Numbered from the stretch's first letter, positions 33,760-42,213 are shown. The stretch: 64,000 nt of DNA from Clostridia bacterium (GCA_017451585.1 JAFTOC010000068.1:10059-74058); one strand, 5' to 3'. Notes: generated by a model from the sequence alone, not told the origin. Translations and numbers: made by a program.

Positions 33760-33972
33760 ATGCACGAGTCCGACAACATCGTGGTGATGACCCCGGAGGA
33801 AGAACTGGTTGACCTGCTCCTGGACTTCATCATCGTATCCGCAAGCCTGGCAAAGAAAGTCAACCGCACCATCAAGCAGAAGCAAATCAAGGAAGGAGGC
33901 ACCGTCAATGGGCAAATTCAGCGAACTGGATCTGGCAATCAAGGATCTGCGCAGCGCCGCAGCCACTATTAA
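33760..33972 (+). CDS. small hypothetical protein (uncertain)
   Basis: Strong AGGAGGTG RBS 7 nt upstream of the ATG. Overlaps the next ORF by 65 nt, so the true 3' end and the reality of the gene are unclear. Confidence 0.35.
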   Translation: MHESDNIVVMTPEEELVDLLLDFIIVSASLAKKVNRTIKQKQIKEGGTVNGQIQRTGSGNQGSAQRRSHY

Positions 33973-34228
33973 TGAAGTGGCAAACACCCTGGCAGAGATG
34001 TTCAGCACCGCGTCGGCTGATGAAGCCCCTGTCGCTGCCACTCCTGCTGAACCCGTACTGACCCTGGAACAGGTCAGAGCCGTACTTGCGGACAAGTCCC
34101 GTATGGGCTTTACCGCTGAAATCCGCTCTCTGCTTCAGAAGTACGGCGCAGCCAAGCTGTCCGGCATCGACCCCGCCAACTACAAGGCACTTGTTGCTGA
34201 TGCGGAGGTGTTGGGCGATGGCAACTAA
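33908..34228 (+). CDS. hypothetical phage-module protein
   Basis: Start at MGKFSEL behind AAGGAAGGAGG. 106 aa. Overlaps the DUF2800 start. Confidence 0.55.
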   Translation: MGKFSELDLAIKDLRSAAATINEVANTLAEMFSTASADEAPVAATPAEPVLTLEQVRAVLADKSRMGFTAEIRSLLQKYGAAKLSGIDPANYKALVADAEVLGDGN

Positions 34229-35345
34229 ACACGCGGTGCTGTCCGCATCCTCATCCGAACGGTGGCTGAACTGCCCACCTTCCGCAAGGCTCTGCGAAGC
34301 CTACGAGGACAAAGGCAGTGATTATGCCGCCGAGGGAACCGATGCCCACACCCTCTGCGAGTACCGGCTGAAACAGGCTCTGCGCATTCCTGCGGAAGAC
34401 CCCATCGAGAGCCTGTCCTGGTACAACGAGGAAATGGAAGAATGCGCCGCCGGGTATGCCGCCTATGTGGTGGAACTTCTGGAGACCGCAAAGCAGCTCT
34501 GCTCCGACCCCGTGGTCATGATTGAGCAGCGGGTTGATTTCTCCCGTTGGGTTCAGGATGGCTTCGGAACTGCCGACTGCATCCTCATTGCCGATGGTGT
34601 CCTCAACATCGTGGACTACAAGCACGGCAAGGGCGTGGAAGTCAGTGCCGAGGGCAACACGCAGCTCACCCTTTACTCCCTGGGTGCTTTGGAAATCTTC
34701 GATGGCATCTACGACATCGACAGGGTCTGCGTCCACATCTTCCAGCCCCGAAAATCCAATGTGGTCTGCTCCATGATGGAAAAAACCGACCTCTATGAAT
34801 GGGCAGATACGGAACTGACCCAGAAAGCGCAACTGGCTTATGCAGGTCAGGGTGACTTCAGCTGCGGTGAATGGTGCCGGTTCTGCAAGGCAAAGGCCGA
34901 ATGTAGAGAACGTGCCGAAGCCAACCTGGCGCTTGCCCGATATGAGTTCCAGTCTCCCGCGCTACTCGATGATGAGGAGATTGCCGACATCCTCGGCAAG
35001 GTCGATGCTCTGACCGCCTGGGCATCCGATGTGAAGGAATACGCTCTTCAGCAGGCAGTCAGCGGTAAGGAATGGACGGGCTGGAAACTGGTCGAGGGTC
35101 GTTCCAACCGCAAGTACACCAACGAGAACGCCGTAGCCGCCACCGTAGAGGGCGCAGGCTTCGACCCGTATGAGCAAAAAGTCCTCGGTGTCACCGCCAT
35201 GCAGAAACTGCTGGGCAAGACCCGCTTTGAGGAACTTCTCGCACCTTACATTGAAAAACCGCAAGGTAAACCGACGCTCGTGCCAGAGAGCGACAAACGT
35301 CCGGCAATGAATACAGCCAAAAACGATTTCATGGAGGAATTTTAA
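34218..35345 (+). CDS. DUF2800-family PD-(D/E)XK nuclease-like protein
   Basis: N-terminus MATKHAVLSASSSERWLNCPPSARL, C-terminal CGEWCRFCKAKAEC, about 375 aa. Confidence 0.75.
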   Translation: MATKHAVLSASSSERWLNCPPSARLCEAYEDKGSDYAAEGTDAHTLCEYRLKQALRIPAEDPIESLSWYNEEMEECAAGYAAYVVELLETAKQLCSDPVVMIEQRVDFSRWVQDGFGTADCILIADGVLNIVDYKHGKGVEVSAEGNTQLTLYSLGALEIFDGIYDIDRVCVHIFQPRKSNVVCSMMEKTDLYEWADTELTQKAQLAYAGQGDFSCGEWCRFCKAKAECRERAEANLALARYEFQSPALLDDEEIADILGKVDALTAWASDVKEYALQQAVSGKEWTGWKLVEGRSNRKYTNENAVAATVEGAGFDPYEQKVLGVTAMQKLLGKTRFEELLAPYIEKPQGKPTLVPESDKRPAMNTAKNDFMEEF

Positions 35346-35346
35346 T

Positions 35347-35901
35347 ATGTCTAACACTGCAAATAGAGTCACCAATCCCATGAAGGTTATCACCGGTCCC
35401 GACACCCGTTGGTCTTATGCCAACGTCTGGGAACCCAAGTCCATCAACGGCGGCGCAGCCAAGTACAGCGTCAGCCTCATCATCCCCAAGTCCGACACCA
35501 AGACGGTTGCTAAGATCAAGGCGGCTATTGAGGCTGCCTACCAGGAGGGTCAGGCCAAGCTGAAGGGCAACGGTCGTTCCGTGCCTCCTCTCGCTGCCAT
35601 TAAGAACCCCCTGCGCGACGGTGATGTCGAGAGACCCGATGACCCCGCCTATGCCAACGCTTACTTTGTCAATGCCAATTCTGCCACCGCTCCCGGTATC
35701 GTTGACGTTGATCGCAACCCCGTGCTGACCCGCTCCGAGGTCTACTCCGGCGTGTATGGCCGTGCCAGCATCAACTTCTACGCCTTCAACTCCAACGGTA
35801 ACAAGGGCATCGCCTGCGGTCTGAACAACCTTCAGCTGATCCGTGCCGGTGAACCCCTGGGTGGTATGGTCGTGCCGGAGAAACCGACATGGCTGGAATA
35901 A
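35347..35901 (+). CDS. DUF2815-family protein (phage ssDNA-binding-like)
   Basis: RWSYANVWEPKS...YSVSLIIPK pattern. This family is the usual neighbour of DUF2800. Confidence 0.7.
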   Translation: MSNTANRVTNPMKVITGPDTRWSYANVWEPKSINGGAAKYSVSLIIPKSDTKTVAKIKAAIEAAYQEGQAKLKGNGRSVPPLAAIKNPLRDGDVERPDDPAYANAYFVNANSATAPGIVDVDRNPVLTRSEVYSGVYGRASINFYAFNSNGNKGIACGLNNLQLIRAGEPLGGMVVPEKPTWLE

Positions 35902-35909
35902 GGAATTTG

Positions 35910-35934
35910 GGCATCCGCAAGGGTGCCTATTTTC
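35910..35934 (+). terminator. hairpin terminator at the deletion-like junction
   Basis: ggcatcc-gcaa-gggtgcc followed by tatttt. Confidence 0.5.
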
Positions 35935-35967
35935 ATATAAAAATATGAATTTTAGGAGGACACGCAA

Positions 35968-36387
35968 ATGAAACAGATCTGGTCCGGCATTCAGATTGCC
36001 TTCACTGCCTTTGGTGGTTTCCTTGGATGGTTCCTGGGCGGTGTGGACGGCTTTCTGTATGCGCTGATTGCCTTTACGGTAATCGACTACATCACCGGCG
36101 TCATGTGCGCCATCACCGATAAGAAGCTCTCCAGTTCCGTTGGCTTCAAGGGTATCTGCAGGAAGGTTCTTATTTTTACCCTCGTGGGCATCGGCAACAT
36201 CGTGGATGTCTATGTCCTCGGCCAGGGCGGTGTACTGCGTACCGCAGTCATCTTCTTCTACCTGTCCAATGAGGGTGTCAGCATCATGGAGAACTCCGCA
36301 CACCTGGGACTGCCTATCCCTGCAAAGCTGAAGGAAGTCCTGGAACAGCTTCACGAGAGAGGAGACAACGGCAATGAATCTGAATAA
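35968..36387 (+). CDS. phage holin (holin_4/toxin-secretion family)
   Basis: Three TM helices. LIAFTVIDYITGV and YLSNEGVSIMEN motifs. Confidence 0.8.
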   Translation: MKQIWSGIQIAFTAFGGFLGWFLGGVDGFLYALIAFTVIDYITGVMCAITDKKLSSSVGFKGICRKVLIFTLVGIGNIVDVYVLGQGGVLRTAVIFFYLSNEGVSIMENSAHLGLPIPAKLKEVLEQLHERGDNGNESE

Positions 36388-37318
36388 GCTGATTCTGACC
36401 GAAAACGCCTGCTATAAGGCGGGTCGCAAAATCACCGTCAAGGGTATCATGGTTCACAGCACAGGGGCGAATAACCCCTGGCTGAAACGCTATGTAGGGC
36501 CCGATGATGGTAAGCTGGACAAGAACCAGTACAACAACCACTGGAACATCTATCATCCCGGCGGTCGTGAGGTCTGCGTCCACGGCTTCATTGGGAAACT
36601 GGCGGACGGTACCGTAGCCACTTATCAGACCCTGCCTTGGGATCACCGTGGCTGGCACGCCGGCGGTTCTGCCAACAACACCCATATCGGTTTTGAAATC
36701 TGTGAGGACGGTCTCTCTGATGCCACCTACTTCGGTAAGGTGTATCAGGAGGCCGTTGAACTTTGTGCCTACCTCTGCAAGCAGTACGGTCTCACCGAGA
36801 AAAATATCATCTGCCACAGCGAGGGCTATAAGCAGGGCATCGCATCCAACCACGGTGACGTCATGCACTGGTTCCCCAAGCACGGCAAGAGCATGGACAC
36901 CTTCCGTGCAGCGGTCAAAGCGCTCCTGGATGCCGATACCGAAAAGGACGAGCCTGCCCAAGAGGAGACTCCTGCGGTCACTTGTCCTGAAAAGCTGACT
37001 TCCGGCTATTACCGTGTGCGTAAGACCTGGAAGGACAGTAAGTCCCAGGTTGGTGCGTACCGTGTGCTGAAGAACGCAAAGAAGGCTGCGGACAAGAACC
37101 CCGGCACCTATGTTTTCTCCAATGACGGTGTTGCTATCTATCCTGCGGAAACCACCGAGGAGACCTACCGCATCCACACGGTGGTCAAGGGTGACACTCT
37201 CTGGGATATTGCAAAGGCATACCTGGGCAACGGCTCCCGTTACCCGGAAATCAAGACCCTCAACAATCTCAAATCCAATGTCATCTACAGCGGTTGGAAG
37301 CTGAAGATCCCCAACTAA
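36374..37318 (+). CDS. N-acetylmuramoyl-L-alanine amidase endolysin with C-terminal LysM
   Basis: Amidase_2 features (GIMVHSTG, HAGGSANNTHIGFEIC, CHSE) and a LysM-like tail HTVVKGDTLWDIAKAYLG..IYSGWKLKIP. Confidence 0.85.
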   Translation: MNLNKLILTENACYKAGRKITVKGIMVHSTGANNPWLKRYVGPDDGKLDKNQYNNHWNIYHPGGREVCVHGFIGKLADGTVATYQTLPWDHRGWHAGGSANNTHIGFEICEDGLSDATYFGKVYQEAVELCAYLCKQYGLTEKNIICHSEGYKQGIASNHGDVMHWFPKHGKSMDTFRAAVKALLDADTEKDEPAQEETPAVTCPEKLTSGYYRVRKTWKDSKSQVGAYRVLKNAKKAADKNPGTYVFSNDGVAIYPAETTEETYRIHTVVKGDTLWDIAKAYLGNGSRYPEIKTLNNLKSNVIYSGWKLKIPN

Positions 37319-37323
37319 CAAGC

Positions 37324-37368
37324 AAGCCCATCGAGGAGATAATTTCTCTTCGGTGGGCTTATTTTTAT
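37324..37368 (+). terminator. intrinsic terminator after the lysis cassette
   Basis: aagcccatcgaggag / ctcttcggtgggctt stem followed by atttttat. Confidence 0.7.
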
Positions 37369-37449
37369 GCTCTTTTTTTCGTCAAAACGGATATCTGCTG
37401 ACCAAGTGCCAACTGAGGAGAGGTCTCCTCGGATTGGAGGATACCCGTC

Positions 37450-37851
37450 ATGACGGATTTGCAGAAAGAACAAATCAAAACCTTGCGTTTACAAGGTATC
37501 GGTTATGTAAAAATCGGAGAAATGCTCGGTATTTCAAATAATACAGTACGCTCATTCTGCCGCCGAAACGGTCTGGGTGATACAGCCAAGAACTCGATTG
37601 CCTGTAAGCACTGCGGTAAGCTGATAAAAATCATCCCCAAGCAAAAACCTCGGAAGTTCTGTTCGGATGCCTGCCGGACTGCCTGGTGGAACAGTCACCC
37701 AGACTGTGTGGATCGGAAAGCGGTTTATGCGTACACCTGCGCCCACTGCGGTAAGCCTTTCACAGCATATGGAAATAAGGAGCGTAAATATTGCAGTCAT
37801 AACTGCTACATCTCCGACCGCTTCGGAGAGGAGCGTGATGCTCGTGACTGA
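37450..37851 (+). CDS. HTH plus zinc-ribbon protein (recombinase-associated regulator)
   Basis: N-terminal HTH LRLQGIGYVKIGEMLGISNNTVRSF, followed by CKHCG..CSDAC and CAHCG..CSHNC. Confidence 0.65.
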   Translation: MTDLQKEQIKTLRLQGIGYVKIGEMLGISNNTVRSFCRRNGLGDTAKNSIACKHCGKLIKIIPKQKPRKFCSDACRTAWWNSHPDCVDRKAVYAYTCAHCGKPFTAYGNKERKYCSHNCYISDRFGEERDARD

Positions 37852-38080
37852 TGATTACCGCACCAGACTGGAACGCTATCTGGCATCTATGCTACAGGCA
37901 AAACGGATGATGTCGATGGGGATTTTAACCCCCGAAGATTACGCCATAATTGATACAATGCAGCGCGAGAAATTTGGAATATCTTCGTGTAGTTTATATC
38001 GCGGGATTGACTTGATATATAGTGGTTTCAGAGGTAATATGTCACACTACGAGGAGGTGACAAAATGCCAAGAGCAATAA
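37838..38080 (+). CDS. small helper protein upstream of the recombinases
   Basis: 80-aa ORF starting at MLVTDDY behind GGAGAGGAG. Overlaps both neighbouring genes. Confidence 0.5.
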   Translation: MLVTDDYRTRLERYLASMLQAKRMMSMGILTPEDYAIIDTMQREKFGISSCSLYRGIDLIYSGFRGNMSHYEEVTKCQEQ

Positions 38081-39366
38081 CCATTGTACCAAAACCACCG
38101 AAACTGGAGCAGAAAAAGCGAGTTGCAGCCTATGCCCGTGTGTCAAGCGGCAAGGATGCCATGCTCCACTCGCTGTCCGCACAGGTCAGCTACTACAGCG
38201 ACCTCATCCAGAATCACGATGACTGGCTCTATGTTGGCGTGTACGCTGATGAAGCCAAGACCGGCACAAAGGAATCCAGAGTAGATTTTCAGAGACTTAT
38301 CGCTGACTGCCGTGCCGGAAAAATCGATATGGTGATTACAAAGTCCATCTCCCGCTTTGCACGAAACACGGTCACACTGCTACAGACCGTCCGTGACTTC
38401 AAAACCTGGGGGGTGGACATTTTCTTTGAGGAGCAGAATATCCACACTATGAGCGGTGACGGTGAACTGATGATGACCATTCTGGCATCCTACGCACAGG
38501 AAGAAAGCCGATCCGCCAGTGAAAACCAAAAATGGCGTATCAAGCGGAACTTCGAGGAAGGGATGCCCTGGAACGGGGCTATGCTCGGATATCGACTGAA
38601 AAACGGCCGGTACGAGATCATTCCAGAAGAAGCAGACCTTGTCCGCCGCATTTATGATGAGTACCTTTCCGGCGAGGGCTACCTTACCATCGCCAAGAGA
38701 CTGAATGAGGATGGCATCCCGTCACGCTTCGGCAAACAATGGGGCCAGTCCGTAATTTCAAAGATACTCAGCAACTACACTTATACGGGAAATCTGATTT
38801 TACAGAAAACCTTCCGTGAGAACCACATTACCAAAAAGACCATCGTCAATAACGGTGAACTGCCCAAGTACCATGCGGAGGATGCCCACGATGCCATTAT
38901 CGACATAGAGACCTTCCAAACGGTGCAGGCAGAGAAAGCACGTCGGGCGGCTCGATTCTTGAAAAAGCCTACACCCAAGAAAGCGTACCCTTTCACAAGC
39001 CTTCTGGTCTGTGACGGCTGCGGAAAGAACTATCGGCGCAAGGTCACGAAAACGGGTCCCGTCTGGGTCTGCGGTACATTCAATTCGATGGGCAAAGCCG
39101 CCTGTGCTTCCAAGCAGATCCCAGAAGAAACCTTGAAGGCAGTGACCGCAGAAGTGCTTGGGCAGGTGAATTTTTCAGAGGAATTACTCCGCGGGCTCAT
39201 AAAGAGCATTCTGGTCTGCAACGGGAATGTGCTGATTTTCCGCTTCTTTGACGGTTCGGAGATCGCACGGACGTGGCAAGACCGCTCACGCCGCCAAAGC
39301 TGGACGGACGAAATGAAAGCAACCGCCCGTCAGAAATCCCTGGAAAGGAGAAACCAGAATGCCTAA
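38065..39366 (+). CDS. large serine recombinase
   Basis: Resolvase catalytic N-terminus VAAYARVSS...DMVITKSISRFARN, a recombinase domain and a Cys zinc ribbon CDGCG..WVCG. Confidence 0.9.
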   Translation: MPRAITIVPKPPKLEQKKRVAAYARVSSGKDAMLHSLSAQVSYYSDLIQNHDDWLYVGVYADEAKTGTKESRVDFQRLIADCRAGKIDMVITKSISRFARNTVTLLQTVRDFKTWGVDIFFEEQNIHTMSGDGELMMTILASYAQEESRSASENQKWRIKRNFEEGMPWNGAMLGYRLKNGRYEIIPEEADLVRRIYDEYLSGEGYLTIAKRLNEDGIPSRFGKQWGQSVISKILSNYTYTGNLILQKTFRENHITKKTIVNNGELPKYHAEDAHDAIIDIETFQTVQAEKARRAARFLKKPTPKKAYPFTSLLVCDGCGKNYRRKVTKTGPVWVCGTFNSMGKAACASKQIPEETLKAVTAEVLGQVNFSEELLRGLIKSILVCNGNVLIFRFFDGSEIARTWQDRSRRQSWTDEMKATARQKSLERRNQNA

Positions 39367-40939
39367 AGTTACAATGATACCCGCAACCATAAACCCGCTG
39401 ACGCATCTGCCTTCGGTGGCTGCACGGAAAAGACGTGTCGCCGGATACGCCCGTGTTTCCACCGACAGCGATGAGCAGTTCACCAGTTATGAAGCCCAGG
39501 TTGATTATTACACCAAATTCATACAGTCCAAACCAGAATGGGAGTTCGTAAAAGTCTATACTGACGAGGGCATTTCCGGCACTAACACCAAGCGCCGTGA
39601 GGGTTTCAAAGAGATGATCACCGATGCCCTGGACGGCAAAATCGATCTCATCGTTACCAAGTCGGTCAGTCGATTTGCGAGAAACACGGTTGACAGCCTG
39701 GTCACCATCCGGAAGCTGAAAGAGAGTGGCGTGGAGTGTTACTTTGAAAAAGAGGGCATCTACACCTTTGACGGCAAGGGCGAACTGCTCATCACCATCA
39801 TGTCCTCTCTGGCACAGGAAGAAAGCCGCAGCATTTCTGAAAACATCACCTGGGGACAGCGCAAGAGTTTCTCCGATGGTAAAGTGCATCTGCCGTACAA
39901 ACGCTTCCTCGGTTATGAAAAGGGTGAGGATGGACGACCTGCGGTTGTCGAAAGCGAAGCAAGGGTCGTGAAGCTGATTTATGGGCTTTTCCTTGAGGGC
40001 AAGACTCAGGCTGGCATTTGCAGGTACCTGGAAGAGTTGGGCATCCCGTCACCGGGCGGCAAAGCAAAATGGAGCAAGACTACGATCACCAGTATCCTTC
40101 AGAACGAAAAATACAAGGGTGATGCGTTGCTCCAGAAGAAATTCACGGTGGACTTTCTGGAAAAGAAAATGAAGCCCAACGAGGGTGAAGTCCCACAGTA
40201 TTATGTGACGGGCAGCCACCCCGCCATCATTGAGCCAGACGAATGGGAGCAGGTGCAGGCAGAGTTCGCCAGACGGAAGACCCTGGGCAAAGCCTACAGC
40301 GGCAAAAGCGTTCTTTCTGCCAAACTGGTCTGCGAGGATTGCGGTGCCTTCTTCGGTCCCAAGGTCTGGCACTCCACCGACCAGTACCGCCGCACCATTT
40401 GGCAGTGCAACGGCAAATTTGCAAACGAGGAACACTGCCACACCCCTGCGTTGGACACCGAAACCATACAGCGGCTTTTCATAAAAGCCTACAATCTGAT
40501 GATGCTGGATCGAGTGCAAATCATTAAGGAAATAGAAACCTGGCGGAAAAAGCTGATGGACTTTGGAACGCTCGATGCTCAAATTGAACAGCTGCTTGAA
40601 GAGACCCAGGTGGTTAGCGAACTGGTCAAGGCGCTTGTCAAGGAAAACGCATCCACTGCACAGTCCCAGGAAGCCTACCTCAAAAAGTACGAAGCCCTCA
40701 CCGAACGGTACGAGAAAGCGGCTGCTGAACTGGAACGGTTGCAGAGCCTACGCACTGCCCGCAGTCAGCAGGATAAGAAAATGGCGCTTTATATCCGCAC
40801 CCTCAAGAAACAGCCGGAAGTGATGCACGACTGGAATGATACCATCTGGACGGTGATGATTGAAAAAGCCATCGTCCATAATGATGGACAGATCACATTT
40901 ATTTTCCAGAACGGTACGGAAATCAAGGTCGGAGCGTAA
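39359..40939 (+). CDS. large serine recombinase (second, 526 aa, coiled-coil C-terminus)
   Basis: VAGYARVSTDSDEQ...DLIVTKSVSRFARNT, CEDCG...WQCN zinc ribbon, C-terminal coiled coil. Confidence 0.9.
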   Translation: MPKVTMIPATINPLTHLPSVAARKRRVAGYARVSTDSDEQFTSYEAQVDYYTKFIQSKPEWEFVKVYTDEGISGTNTKRREGFKEMITDALDGKIDLIVTKSVSRFARNTVDSLVTIRKLKESGVECYFEKEGIYTFDGKGELLITIMSSLAQEESRSISENITWGQRKSFSDGKVHLPYKRFLGYEKGEDGRPAVVESEARVVKLIYGLFLEGKTQAGICRYLEELGIPSPGGKAKWSKTTITSILQNEKYKGDALLQKKFTVDFLEKKMKPNEGEVPQYYVTGSHPAIIEPDEWEQVQAEFARRKTLGKAYSGKSVLSAKLVCEDCGAFFGPKVWHSTDQYRRTIWQCNGKFANEEHCHTPALDTETIQRLFIKAYNLMMLDRVQIIKEIETWRKKLMDFGTLDAQIEQLLEETQVVSELVKALVKENASTAQSQEAYLKKYEALTERYEKAAAELERLQSLRTARSQQDKKMALYIRTLKKQPEVMHDWNDTIWTVMIEKAIVHNDGQITFIFQNGTEIKVGA

Positions 40940-40956
40940 CTGCTCCGGCTTTTTTC
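40930..40956 (+). terminator. intrinsic terminator after the recombinase genes
   Basis: cggagc-gtaact-gctccg followed by gcttttttc. Confidence 0.7.
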
Positions 40957-41132
40957 TTTATCGAGGAATAATTAAAAGATGCACACCCTTTGGCTCAAAA
41001 TGCACACCCCACAGACCTTTTGTTAAATGGTATAGAGGTGTAAAACAAAAAAGGCTCCACGGTGACCATTTCAGAACCACCGTAGAGCCTGTTATCGTTG
41101 AAAGGTTTTGGAAAACCCTTGTAAATGGGGCT

Positions 41133-41192
41133 TTTGCAAAAAGAAACTGGACACCCGCTTCAATACACATTGTATCAAAACTGGTGTCCAGT
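41133..41192 (-). terminator. terminator of tRNA-Leu
   Basis: Minus strand actggacacc / ggtgtccagt stem with a 27-nt loop, followed by ttcttttt. Confidence 0.6.
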
Positions 41193-41194
41193 TA

Positions 41195-41281
41195 TGGTGC
41201 CGGTAACCGGGCTCGAACCGGTACGGGAAAACTCCCACGGGATTTTAAGTCCCGGGCGTCTGCCAATTCCGCCACACCGGC
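41195..41281 (-). tRNA. tRNA-Leu (anticodon UAA), class II long variable arm, CCA encoded
   Basis: Folded by hand. Acceptor GCCGGTG/TACCGGC, anticodon stem-loop CGGGA-CUUAAAA-UCCCG, T arm CCGG-TTCGAGC-CCGG, 87 nt. Confidence 0.9.
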
Positions 41282-41295
41282 GTGTGGACTCGTTC

Positions 41296-41324
41296 ATTGT
41301 AGCACAGTTTGGCTCTTTTGTCAA
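41296..41324 (-). promoter_or_regulatory. consensus sigma-70 promoter of tRNA-Leu
   Basis: Minus strand TTGACA-17 nt-TACAAT, ending about 14 nt before the tRNA 5' end. Confidence 0.7.
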
Positions 41325-41372
41325 TCGGTTTAGGGAAAGTTTTGCGAAAATGCATCGTTATCATCCGGCGGT

Positions 41373-41472
41373 CGTAGGGCGGGGCTTGCTCCCGCCGTTT
41401 GCACGATTATCACAGAATCTCAATTCGCTATAGACGTTCAGAGCGGCGGGAGCAAGCCCCCGCCCTACGACA
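41373..41472. repeat. 27-bp inverted pair of the GCGGGAGCAAGCCCC..CCCTACG repeat
   Basis: gtcgtagggcggggcttgctcccgccg (41373-41399) is inverted relative to cggcgggagcaagcccccgccctacgac (41445-41472). Confidence 0.75.
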
Positions 41473-41518
41473 CATTTTACCCTCATCTTCCTTAGCTATG
41501 CGTCTGTCAGAAAGCGAA

Positions 41519-41736
41519 AAGGCTCCCTCTGGGAGGGAGCTCCCGACGAAGTCGGGTGAGGGAGAAGGCGGCACGTAGGATTTGGTCTAAACTGCAAGTA
41601 CCACAGACGAGAGAAAAGGTGCGAAACCATAATTCCATCGCAGGGTCGCAACCAATAGCAAATTCGTTAGTTGCGCAGGCTCCCTTCGTCGCAGACGCTT
41701 CGCTGTCTGCGCCACCTCCCTCTCGGAGGGAGGCTT
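41519..41736. repeat. composite REP/MITE-like element (GGCTCCCTC-n-GAGGGAGC hairpin family), copy 1
   Basis: Left module aaggctccctctgggagggagctcccgacgaagtcgggtgagggag and right module gttgcgcaggctccc...cctccctctcggagggaggcttt. The same module order is seen at 49937-50070. Confidence 0.75.
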
Positions 41737-41805
41737 TGCGGAAAGCAAAGAAAATTCATCAAGGTGTATTGCGTATCATATCCATTCACAAACGAAGACC
41801 ATACA

Positions 41806-42141
41806 TCATTCTTCGTATTCGTCTAAAACGAACACGTCGCCTTCGCGAATAAATGCAACGCCCAGCGGTGCATCGAGATACTTTATGATGTCACTATCGT
41901 AATTGCAGATCGTATTCAAGTCGAAGATATGGAAGTTATCGGGATTGTCGGTATATTCCTCGTCTTCATCCCCGGCGAAGAATCGCCAGCCGCTATCCGG
42001 GAAGGTCGGATCTCCCTCCTCTCGGTACATATATCCAACCTTCATCCCATCAACCGTGATGCGATTGGAAGCAAGGCAACCGGCATTGCCCTTGGGAGTG
42101 TAGAGTCTCTTGATTTGATCTTTGGAAAGCAGAAAAGCCAT
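41806..42141 (-). CDS. DUF2185 / Imm33-like small protein
   Basis: 111 aa. ITVDGMKVGYMYREE..DSGWRFFAGDE matches my recollection of the DUF2185 core. Confidence 0.55.
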   Translation of the reverse strand: MAFLLSKDQIKRLYTPKGNAGCLASNRITVDGMKVGYMYREEGDPTFPDSGWRFFAGDEDEEYTDNPDNFHIFDLNTICNYDSDIIKYLDAPLGVAFIREGDVFVLDEYEE

Positions 42142-42213
42142 TCGTATATCTCCTTATAAAAGAGTTTTTGAAGGGTTTTAGGGGGACTTTTTTCAAAAAG
42201 TCCCCCTAAATGG

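Larger units (their letters stand above)
33133..40939 (+). mobile_element. reduced phage-like / serine-recombinase integrative element (no structural genes)
   Basis: Co-directional block: sigma-like gene, DUF2800 nuclease, DUF2815, holin, amidase, HTH/Zn protein, small helper and two large serine recombinases. Exact ends are not determined. Confidence 0.65.
18345..41125. other. composite accessory island (AT-richer than both flanks)
   Basis: Spot counts of single 60-nt lines give about 40% GC near 19.0 kb versus about 53-60% in flanking core genes. Content is accessory (defence, modification enzymes, phage-like module, recombinases). Bounded by a terminator plus repeat array on the left and the tRNA-Leu terminator on the right. 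Confidence 0.6.

Noticed and set aside
35329-37321. Two ~340-aa minus-strand ORFs across the phage-like module
   Set aside because: They lie opposite DUF2815, holin and amidase, which have strong RBSs and family motifs. The antisense translations are low complexity.
41195-41281. tRNA-Leu as the integration target (attB) of the island
   Set aside because: The tRNA is complete, with its own promoter and terminator. The terminator separates it from the recombinase end, and no copy of the tRNA 3' segment occurs at the left border. The element carries serine recombinases, not tyrosine recombinases.
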